Origin: a virus
Lineage: Duplodnaviria; Caudoviricetes
DNA length: 48,269 nucleotides
Virus record (IMG/VR): IMGVR_UViG_3300005323_000056
Location: 1 to 48,269 of that record
Direction: 5' to 3' (one strand)
In this document: positions 37,571-44,665 of the stretch, piece after piece
How the letters are laid out: each line of letters opens with the position of its first letter
Numbering within the stretch: position 1 is the stretch's first letter
The notes under the pieces: generated by a model
The model's database searches: none
The model's input: the letters and a program-made list of their open reading frames with translations, nothing else
Told to the model about the DNA's origin: nothing
Translations under genes and position numbers: made by a program

Positions 37571-37792
37571 ATGCTAAAGAAATGGTACGCGAAAATTAAC
37601 GGGTCAGCCTATGGTAAGCCTGTCGAATGGATCAGAATAGGCATTATCAAGCGGGATGACGAATTGTATGACTTAATCGCCGACAATGGCGATGACGTGA
37701 GCAATTACCGCGGATATTATAGCATTGAGTCCGCGCTGAATGCTATTGATATTCAATGGCGCGGGCGTGATTGGAATTTAACCTTCATTTAA
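37571..37792 (+). CDS. Early hypothetical protein
   Basis: GGAG RBS before ATG 37571. Confidence 0.6.
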   Translation: MLKKWYAKINGSAYGKPVEWIRIGIIKRDDELYDLIADNGDDVSNYRGYYSIESALNAIDIQWRGRDWNLTFI

Positions 37793-37835
37793 TCGCTCTT
37801 ATATAATCCGATAAATTGAAAGGTGGTATATTGTC

Positions 37836-38219
37836 ATGAAAATTTATCAGGAAATTGCATCAACGACTGAAGCATTGAAAAATTGTGTCAAATCAGGCAA
37901 TGCAGAACAGGAAGACAAGCACGCGGAAACATTGCGCAAGATTGAAAAGAATTATCTGCCTTATGGATCTGGTTTCGATGCCGGCACAACTATCAATCTT
38001 GAAAAGTCCACAAGCTGCAAGATTGTCCTGCAAACATCATTTCATCATATGGATGAAAATGGATACTATGACGGATGGACTGAACACAATATCACAATCC
38101 GTCCCGCATTCAATGGCATCGATATTACCATCTCAGGCATCAACAAACGCGATATTAAATCATATATCGCGGAAACGTTTGACTATGTTTTGAATCAAGA
38201 ATATGTCAAAGGAGAATAA
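37836..38219 (+). CDS. Early phage protein
   Basis: LP.GSGFD.G...TSFHHMDENGYYDGWTEH motif recurrent in phage early genes. Confidence 0.75.
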   Translation: MKIYQEIASTTEALKNCVKSGNAEQEDKHAETLRKIEKNYLPYGSGFDAGTTINLEKSTSCKIVLQTSFHHMDENGYYDGWTEHNITIRPAFNGIDITISGINKRDIKSYIAETFDYVLNQEYVKGE

Positions 38220-38220
38220 T

Positions 38221-38388
38221 ATGAAAACATGTAAACATTGCGGATCTGAAATAATCAATGGCGTTAATGGAGCGTCATGCCTCGACAATTGTTTATCTTG
38301 CAATCCCGATCCGTATCCTTGCAAGCCGAGCAAGCTACAGGACAATAACGATTATGAATCACAAATAAATTATGATCTTGATTATTAG
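38221..38388 (+). CDS. Small Cys-rich early protein
   Basis: AAGGAG RBS; CKHCG...CLDNCLSC. Confidence 0.6.
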   Translation: MKTCKHCGSEIINGVNGASCLDNCLSCNPDPYPCKPSKLQDNNDYESQINYDLDY

Positions 38389-38475
38389 TCATTAGTCTGT
38401 ACGTCTATCTGCTGTCATTTCATCATGATAGCAGTCAAGGCTTGACAGCCTAATAATATCATGGAGGATAAAATC

Positions 38476-38730
38476 ATGTTACGCAAAGAGTATTTTTCAG
38501 TCAATGGGCAAGATTATCCGGTTTATTGTTTCGGTAACGATTTTAACGGCAATCCGCGCTATATAGTCCATTATTTAGATATTGGACTTGCGGATCACGT
38601 AGCATCCGAAAAGACGCGGGCTGCCGGCTTGCGCTTGTTTCACGGCAGAGCTTTTGGCGGCGGCTTTACTTTTACATCATATGATGTAAAAAGCGAATTG
38701 GCGTTTATCCTGAAAAAATTATCTGAATGA
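38476..38730 (+). CDS. Early phage protein
   Basis: NDFNGNPRYIVHY...FHGRAFGGGFTFTSY motif. Confidence 0.7.
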   Translation: MLRKEYFSVNGQDYPVYCFGNDFNGNPRYIVHYLDIGLADHVASEKTRAAGLRLFHGRAFGGGFTFTSYDVKSELAFILKKLSE

Positions 38731-38742
38731 GAGGCGGATAAC

Positions 38743-39024
38743 ATGGAAAATAAACACGAATTAGATAATTTTCTTAATTATCTTGAAAAAATTGCATCCG
38801 CCGATAAAATTACGTATTCATATGCTTTCGGCAAGCGCTGGGTAAAGGTCGTCCGTCATTCAGGCGTTCAATATAGCGTATATGCTTTTATTGATCCTGA
38901 AAACGGCAATATTTATAAACCGGCATCCTGGCAGACGCCAGCTAAAACGGCAAGAGCAAATTTGTTTGATCCCGAATCATGGAAAACCGGCTGCGGCCGC
39001 TATTCAATGGCATATCTGAAATAA
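38743..39024 (+). CDS. Early phage protein
   Basis: GKRW.KV...SVYAFID..NG.IYKPASW..PAK.ARANL motif. Confidence 0.75.
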   Translation: MENKHELDNFLNYLEKIASADKITYSYAFGKRWVKVVRHSGVQYSVYAFIDPENGNIYKPASWQTPAKTARANLFDPESWKTGCGRYSMAYLK

Positions 39025-39080
39025 TCTATCATGCGGTTCCTGCCGGTTCATCCATAAAGCCGACAAGAAGGCGTATTATT

Positions 39081-39254
39081 ATGACTTACGATGAAATGAA
39101 GCTGAAATATCCCAACAAAGAAATAAAACTGGTTCCCGCTGAATCAGAATATTTATATTTGAATTGGGGGTTCAAAACAATCGACACGTGTAAAATGCCT
39201 GCAAACGGTCGTGTATATTATTATTGTTTCATGATTGATATGGCACAAAATTGA
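39081..39254 (+). CDS. Early hypothetical protein
   Basis: 57 aa; AGAAGG RBS. Confidence 0.5.
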   Translation: MTYDEMKLKYPNKEIKLVPAESEYLYLNWGFKTIDTCKMPANGRVYYYCFMIDMAQN

Positions 39255-39282
39255 TATTTTGTATAGGAAGGCAGGTAATAAT

Positions 39283-39495
39283 ATGAGCAAAAAAGCAACT
39301 GTGGATGATTATTGGGATGAGTCATATGATCCGGATACTAGTGAAGAGCGGGTATGGAAATTTTTAGAGTGTTCGAGTTGTGAGCATCGCGTATCAATTA
39401 AAGACGTAATTTGCCGTCATTGTGGCGCAGAATTGGATTGGGAAAACTCGGAAATTGACAAAGAATATTGGGATGAACAAAGCGAAATGGACTAA
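39283..39495 (+). CDS. Acidic zinc-ribbon early protein
   Basis: CSSC...CRHCGAELDW; very D/E-rich. Confidence 0.65.
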   Translation: MSKKATVDDYWDESYDPDTSEERVWKFLECSSCEHRVSIKDVICRHCGAELDWENSEIDKEYWDEQSEMD

Positions 39496-39600
39496 AAACA
39501 TACAGCGTTTTTCAAGCGAAAAGCGAGGTGATGACATATGCTCCGGCACAAGTAATGCCGGATAATGCGAATAATATAATCAGGGGCGGTAACGTCTCCG

Positions 39601-39663
39601 CCCTGTAATGCAGCCAGGTTAGGTGACAAGCCCTATCAATGCAGAGTCATAATAATTATAGGG
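39601..39663 (+). ncRNA. Twister ribozyme
   Basis: cccugU^AAUGCAGC...P4 UAGG(UGACAAGC)CCUA...GCAGAGUCA...auaggg; loop UGAC pairs with GUCA (pseudoknot); P1 ccctgt/ataggg. Confidence 0.88.
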
Positions 39664-39674
39664 AAGGTGATATT

Positions 39675-39839
39675 GTGAAAATTGCGGTAACGACAAAAGA
39701 ACATGGTACATTTATTGTCAATGTTCATTCAGATGACATTTATCTGGCAATTTATGCGGCAAAATGGCACGTTGCCAATACTGAACACGTGCCGTATGCG
39801 GATATTGTATCCGTGAAACAAGTCAAGATGGGAGCGTGA
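39675..39839 (+). CDS. Early hypothetical protein
   Basis: GAAGGTGA RBS, GTG start right after the twister. Confidence 0.6.
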   Translation: MKIAVTTKEHGTFIVNVHSDDIYLAIYAAKWHVANTEHVPYADIVSVKQVKMGA

Positions 39840-39843
39840 TTTT

Positions 39844-39936
39844 ATGGCTTATGTCATTGTTTTTGTCATTTGGCTGTTCGCCTGTGCGCCGTTTGTCGCG
39901 CTATATTTGAAAGGCAGGTCGCAAAATGGGAATTAA
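39844..39936 (+). CDS. 30-aa membrane peptide (not in ORF track)
   Basis: MAYVIVFVIWLFACAPFVALYLKGRSQNGN; GGAG RBS. Confidence 0.45.
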   Translation: MAYVIVFVIWLFACAPFVALYLKGRSQNGN

Positions 39937-40138
39937 TGCGAAAAGGATCAAGAATTTGGACAACTTGCTCAAGTATGCCAACGATAAGGGATGGACAGCG
40001 CATCTGGATCAGTCCGGATATGACAAGGAGTGGAGATGCTATCTTTTCCCCGCAAAAGGGGGAGGCATGATTATGGGGGAAAGCAAGCCGACACCTTACA
40101 CCGCGCTTAAAGACGCATTAAGCAAGATAAATTTATAA
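39926..40138 (+). CDS. Early hypothetical protein (paralog of the C-terminus of 40845-41201)
   Basis: KNLDNLL...DQ...W...PTPYTALKDAL. Confidence 0.6.
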   Translation: MGINAKRIKNLDNLLKYANDKGWTAHLDQSGYDKEWRCYLFPAKGGGMIMGESKPTPYTALKDALSKINL

Positions 40139-40150
40139 GGAGTGAACATC

Positions 40151-40312
40151 ATGAAAAACACAATTAAACCGGCATCGTTGAAAATTGGCAATCTTGTCAT
40201 TCTTTGCGGCGTAAGAAACGAGCGCAAGCCTACATTCAGACTGCGCAAGCTAAATATCAGCCGTGAATCTGGCTCAAGCCGTGGCTCATATCCGTTTCAT
40301 GGAGGTAAATAA
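40151..40312 (+). CDS. Basic 53-aa protein (not in ORF track)
   Basis: AAGGAG RBS; MKNTIKPASLKIGNLVILCGVRNERKPTFRLRK... Confidence 0.5.
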   Translation: MKNTIKPASLKIGNLVILCGVRNERKPTFRLRKLNISRESGSSRGSYPFHGGK

Positions 40313-40314
40313 TC

Positions 40315-40848
40315 ATGAAAACCAATAAATCTTATGTTGTTGAGAGTGATTTTGTTTACAAAAACTTTCGCTGTGTGTGCCTTGGTATGGATATGGGTCA
40401 TCGTTGCGGATACGTTGGTCTACCTGAGGGTCATTCCCTTTATGGTAAGGACTATAGGGACGCTTGTCTGCCTAAAAAAGACGTTGAGGATCAGCCTATT
40501 GGAAAACGCGGAATAATCCCCTTGCTTTGCTCAAAGTTTTCACAAGACTTAATTTCTCCAGATGTTTATTTTGACGTACATGGTAGCCTAACATATTCTG
40601 GTGGTGGCAAGGATAGTAAATATCCGGTTGAATCTGATTTGTGGTGGCTTGGCTTTGACTGTTGTCATTCTGGAGATGGACAGGACGAACAGTTAATCCT
40701 TTCTCTTTGTGAGACAGACCTCGCCGCTTCTCGTCTATCATGGTCGAGACGATCCAGTGATCCAGCAAGAACACAAGACTATGTAGAATCAGAGCTTAAA
40801 AGCTTGGTTGACCAGATTATAACCGTTTCCAAAGGAGGAAATGTATGA
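40315..40848 (+). CDS. Conserved phage protein of unknown function
   Basis: GHRCGYVGLP..H.LYG...DVHGSLTYS...WWLGFDC.H.GD motif. Confidence 0.8.
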   Translation: MKTNKSYVVESDFVYKNFRCVCLGMDMGHRCGYVGLPEGHSLYGKDYRDACLPKKDVEDQPIGKRGIIPLLCSKFSQDLISPDVYFDVHGSLTYSGGGKDSKYPVESDLWWLGFDCCHSGDGQDEQLILSLCETDLAASRLSWSRRSSDPARTQDYVESELKSLVDQIITVSKGGNV

Positions 40849-41201
40849 AAACGAAAATAATCATATCAATTATGGGCAATAATGGCATGAAAATAGGCCA
40901 GAAATCAGTATCATCATCTTATGACAGGGCGTCAATCGGCTATGTCAATGCTCATGCCGTTGAAAGCAAGGAGCGCAAGCGTGATCCTGCGACAAAGAAC
41001 CTGGAATCGCTCATGAGGGCGATCAATCGCTCAGGATACTATTTCAGCATCGACCAATACGCCAGCACGAGCCGGAATTGCATCCGTTGGTCTGCCTTCA
41101 TTCATGAATACAAAACCGGCAAGGTTGCCGTTTATGTTGTTGACCATCCAACGGCTTTCATTGCCCTGAAAGAAGCTATGAAAATCGTTGAAAAAAATTA
41201 A
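40845..41201 (+). CDS. Early hypothetical protein
   Basis: AGGAGG RBS, coupled start. Confidence 0.65.
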   Translation: MKTKIIISIMGNNGMKIGQKSVSSSYDRASIGYVNAHAVESKERKRDPATKNLESLMRAINRSGYYFSIDQYASTSRNCIRWSAFIHEYKTGKVAVYVVDHPTAFIALKEAMKIVEKN

Positions 41202-41219
41202 GATTGCAGGTGATTTGCC

Positions 41220-41522
41220 GTGAAAATACCGGAGGATGATTACATTTCCGTCAAGGATTATCAGAAAATGTGCGGCTATGCTTCCAAATCTGCCGTTCTT
41301 GCAGCCATACATTCCGGGCGATTGGAGGCGCTCAACTTTTATGGAACGTATCTCATTCGTAAAAATGCCATATTGCAGACCAACCGCACAGGCTTGCAGT
41401 ACGGCAAGTTCCGCGCCAGCCAGGAATCAAAAAAGCGAACCATGCAACTGTTAGCCGTTCAGGGCTTAACATGGGAAGACGTTTATGGGAAGGATGATGA
41501 ACCGGATGACAATCCAGACTAA
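41220..41522 (+). CDS. Helix-turn-helix DNA-binding protein
   Basis: YISVKDY..MCG...KSAV..AI.SGRLEA....GTYLIRK. Confidence 0.7.
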   Translation: MKIPEDDYISVKDYQKMCGYASKSAVLAAIHSGRLEALNFYGTYLIRKNAILQTNRTGLQYGKFRASQESKKRTMQLLAVQGLTWEDVYGKDDEPDDNPD

Positions 41523-42138
41523 AATCAGGTTGCTTTTTATCTTTTTTATCATGGCTCTTTTTATTTGCGCTTGCATTGTACATGGAAGGCTCCTGCAAGC
41601 CGATTTAAGGCTTGGTCAACTTGAACAAAGGATATTTGACCTTGAATCACGGCAAAGCGATTGCAGGGGCTTGCAGGGGGCTACAGCCACAACTGCGACA
41701 ATGCAAACAACTATTATTGAGGATAACGCAACGTACAGCCTTGTCGATATGTCAAATCTGCCAACGGAATCAACCGTTGAAAGCATGGATTATGACAAGG
41801 AAGTTGCCCGGATTGTTTCGCTGGAATCGGACGGAAGTTATGAAGGTTCCCTTGCCGTAGCATCTGTCATTTACAACCGGCTGGAAAGCGGAAGATGGGG
41901 CAATACAATTCATGACGTAATATCCGCAAAGAATCAGTTTTCAACGTATGGAAGCACAAAGCAACGTGATCTGACCGACAATGTTATCCAGGCTTGCATT
42001 GACGCCTGTAACGGCAAGCGCAATCTGCCTTCATCCGTCATGTGGTTCTGTACTGAAAGCCATTATGCCAAGAGCGCATTTTTCAGGGGATTGACGTTAT
42101 ATGACCGGTTTGCCGGTTCCGTATGGTGTGAGGAATAA
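41506..42138 (+). CDS. Membrane-anchored cell wall hydrolase (SleB/Hydrolase_2-like)
   Basis: N-terminal TM; VARIVSLES.G...G.LAVASVIYNR..SG.WGNTI.DVI...NQFS. Confidence 0.85.
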   Translation: MTIQTKIRLLFIFFIMALFICACIVHGRLLQADLRLGQLEQRIFDLESRQSDCRGLQGATATTATMQTTIIEDNATYSLVDMSNLPTESTVESMDYDKEVARIVSLESDGSYEGSLAVASVIYNRLESGRWGNTIHDVISAKNQFSTYGSTKQRDLTDNVIQACIDACNGKRNLPSSVMWFCTESHYAKSAFFRGLTLYDRFAGSVWCEE

Positions 42139-42161
42139 TTTATGAATAGCTATGGACATAT

Positions 42162-42189
42162 GTGACAACATATGATAACATGGTATTAT
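42162..42189 (+). promoter_or_regulatory. sigmaA-like promoter of the recombination operon
   Basis: GTGACA-N16-TATTAT with TGn extended -10. Confidence 0.6.
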
Positions 42190-42219
42190 CAAATTTGCCA
42201 TTAAAAGGAGTGATTGATA

Positions 42220-42414
42220 ATGAGCAAAGCAAAATATCGGAAAGGGGGAAAGATAACATCACTGGATGAACTTGTAAAACAGGATTTTGTCTATTGGCGC
42301 GACAAAATAACACACAAGGGATGGTTTATGTCTTGGCAGTTTCGCATGACCTGCAATGCTATAAATCATGGTGTTATATCCTATGCGATTAAAAAGGAGG
42401 ATGAAATTAAATGA
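42220..42414 (+). CDS. Hypothetical protein
   Basis: AAGGAG RBS; KYRKGGKITSLDEL...HKGWFMSWQ. Confidence 0.65.
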   Translation: MSKAKYRKGGKITSLDELVKQDFVYWRDKITHKGWFMSWQFRMTCNAINHGVISYAIKKEDEIK

Positions 42415-43424
42415 ACGAGCTTATCAAGTACCAGACTGACCACGGTGAGGTTGAGCTTTCACCGTCTATCATCCGACAGTATCTCGTACCGTCAGGAACG
42501 GCGGTATCAGATCAGGAAATCAAGCTGTTCCTTGAGCTTTGCAAGTATCAGGGCTTAAACCCGTTCTTGCGCGAGGTTTATCTTGTCAAGTACGGAACTT
42601 CCCCGGCAAGCATGGTCACTGGCAAGGAAGTGTTCACAAAAAGGGCAATGGCTAACCCTAAGTTTGCAGGGCTAACCGCAGGAATAACCGTTGTTGGCAA
42701 GGAAAACAAGTTGTACCGGCGCGAGGGTTCTTTGCTGTTGCCCGGAGAAACGCTGATTGGCGGTTGGGCAAAAGTTCATATTAAGGAATATGCCGTTCCG
42801 TTCTTCGATGAAGTTTCATTGAACGAATACACCGGAACAGGCCCGCTATGGAAAAGCAAACCGGCTACGATGGTTCGCAAGGTCGCCATTGTCCATGCCT
42901 TGCGAGAAGCGTTCCCGGAACAGTTCGAGGGCTTGTATAGCCAAGAGGAAATCAATACCATTGATGCTTCTAAACTGCCAACAGGCGCGGTTCAGCCGGT
43001 TCAGCCGGTTCAGCCTGACAATGCAGATGATGCGTCCTATACGGACTATTTGGAACAGCCAGACGCGGCGGAAGATCCGGCTCCACAACAGAACGTTGCC
43101 CCTGCCACGCCACCGCAGCCAGCACAACCGGCAACCACGGCAAAAGCGCCGTATCCTCAGGCAACGGCTCCTGATGACGTTGGTTCGTTCAAGTCGCCGT
43201 TCTTCAAGAAGTATCCCGGCAAGACTTTGCGCGAGATTTACAATGCCAATTCCGGTTATGTCAAATTCATGGGTGAAAACGGCAAAGATCCTGCCATTCG
43301 TGAGATCATCAAGAAGTTCCTGGCTACGGTTGAAAAGGCGCAACCGGTCAAGGACATTACGCCCATAGAAGACGAGTACGGCGCTCCGCCACCGGACAAT
43401 ACCGATCTGCCGTTTAACATATGA
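42411..43424 (+). CDS. bet: Single-strand annealing recombinase (Red-beta/Bet, RecT superfamily)
   Basis: SDQEIKLFLELCKYQGLNPFLREVYLVKYG, LIGGWAKV, WKSKPATMVRKVAIVHALREAFP...GLYS.EE. Confidence 0.9.
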   Translation: MNELIKYQTDHGEVELSPSIIRQYLVPSGTAVSDQEIKLFLELCKYQGLNPFLREVYLVKYGTSPASMVTGKEVFTKRAMANPKFAGLTAGITVVGKENKLYRREGSLLLPGETLIGGWAKVHIKEYAVPFFDEVSLNEYTGTGPLWKSKPATMVRKVAIVHALREAFPEQFEGLYSQEEINTIDASKLPTGAVQPVQPVQPDNADDASYTDYLEQPDAAEDPAPQQNVAPATPPQPAQPATTAKAPYPQATAPDDVGSFKSPFFKKYPGKTLREIYNANSGYVKFMGENGKDPAIREIIKKFLATVEKAQPVKDITPIEDEYGAPPPDNTDLPFNI

Positions 43425-43439
43425 AATGAGGGATGAACA

Positions 43440-43640
43440 TTGAAAAAATCGTTATTGAAAGTGAAGGACTTGTGCGAGTTGTTCGGCATATCCTCAAGCA
43501 CAGTCCGCAGATGGGTCAAAGAGGGTATGCCCTGTGTCCGTGTGGGAACCCGTATTTTAAGGTTCAGGGAACCGGACGTTGTTGAATGGGTCATGAGCAA
43601 CAAAAAAGCCGACAAGAAGCATCATGAAAGAATGAATTGA
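43440..43640 (+). CDS. Excisionase-like HTH protein
   Basis: LLKVKDLCELFGISSSTVRRWVKEGMPCVRVG.RILRF. Confidence 0.8.
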   Translation: MKKSLLKVKDLCELFGISSSTVRRWVKEGMPCVRVGTRILRFREPDVVEWVMSNKKADKKHHERMN

Positions 43641-43646
43641 GGGGCG

Positions 43647-43841
43647 GTGAGTAGCGTGCTGACAAGTAATGCACATTGGCGTTGCGACTATTGTGGCAGG
43701 TTTATCAGCCAGTCTGACATTGATTCTAAAAAAGCAATCAGCAGCGAGGAACTTAACGTATTTGGATATGACCCACCAGACGCCGAATATGTGTGGGTGA
43801 ACTATCACGCCAGGTGTAAAGAGAAACATGAAGGACGGTGA
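43647..43841 (+). CDS. Hypothetical protein
   Basis: RCDYCGRFIS...HARC. Confidence 0.55.
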   Translation: MSSVLTSNAHWRCDYCGRFISQSDIDSKKAISSEELNVFGYDPPDAEYVWVNYHARCKEKHEGR

Positions 43842-43847
43842 GTAACC

Positions 43848-44084
43848 ATGATATTAACAGATTACGAAGCAAAGCAAGCGTATGACAGGACGTTGGGAGA
43901 ACCCGAAGAAAAGAAAAGCGATTGGGAAGTTGAGGTAACAATCACAAAGACATACACGGGATCATGCAATGGCACAAGGGCGCAAGCGGAAGCAAGCATG
44001 AAAGCATGGGCGATTGAGCAGGACGGCAACTATAACCCGGACGAGGATTACATTGAGATTGAATCATACGAGTTTGGAGGGTGA
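43848..44084 (+). CDS. Hypothetical acidic protein
   Basis: 78 aa, in operon. Confidence 0.6.
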   Translation: MILTDYEAKQAYDRTLGEPEEKKSDWEVEVTITKTYTGSCNGTRAQAEASMKAWAIEQDGNYNPDEDYIEIESYEFGG

Positions 44085-44088
44085 TTCC

Positions 44089-44664
44089 ATGTACACAAAT
44101 CTAGTGTCCATTGACAACGACTATCAAGCTGAGGAACTCATACGCCAGATCAAGGAAGAACAGTCCGAGAAAAACCGGCTTGTTGATGTATGCAAACATG
44201 AGATCCAGCAGTATCAGGACAAGATTGAGGAGTTGGAAGCCGGTTACGCCAAAAGCACGGAGAACGCCATGTTCATGCTTTCCGCATATTGCAGGGCAAA
44301 GGCAAACCACAAGACCAAGACATTGATAACGTATGCTTTGCCTTCAGGCAAGCTGCAATGGAAAAGGAAAGATCCCAAAGCGATACAGGACGCCGACAAA
44401 TTGCTTGCATTTGCCAAGAAATATTTGCCTTCATGTGTCAAAGTTGCTGAATCTGCTCAGTGGGAAGAAATCAAGAAAAAGATTGAGCTTGTCTATGAAA
44501 CTCATTATGAAACCGATGAGAACGGCGAACTTGTTACAGATGCCGAGGGCAACCCGGTCACAACAGAAAAGCCAGTCTATGTTTTCAAAACCGCAGACGG
44601 TGAGCCGGTTGCGGTTGATGGCGTTACCCTTGTGGAACAGCCAGATATGTTCGAGGTAAAATGA
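44089..44664 (+). CDS. Mu Gam-like host nuclease inhibitor
   Basis: IDND..AE..IR.I coiled coil; KTK....Y.LPSGKL.W; LL.F.K; ES..W.E.KK; VDGVT.VE.PD.FEVK. Confidence 0.8.
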   Translation: MYTNLVSIDNDYQAEELIRQIKEEQSEKNRLVDVCKHEIQQYQDKIEELEAGYAKSTENAMFMLSAYCRAKANHKTKTLITYALPSGKLQWKRKDPKAIQDADKLLAFAKKYLPSCVKVAESAQWEEIKKKIELVYETHYETDENGELVTDAEGNPVTTEKPVYVFKTADGEPVAVDGVTLVEQPDMFEVK

Positions 44665-44665
44665 T

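Noticed and set aside
43440-43640. Excisionase-like HTH as evidence of a prophage
   Set aside because: No integrase, att site or host flanks; such HTHs are often simple regulators.
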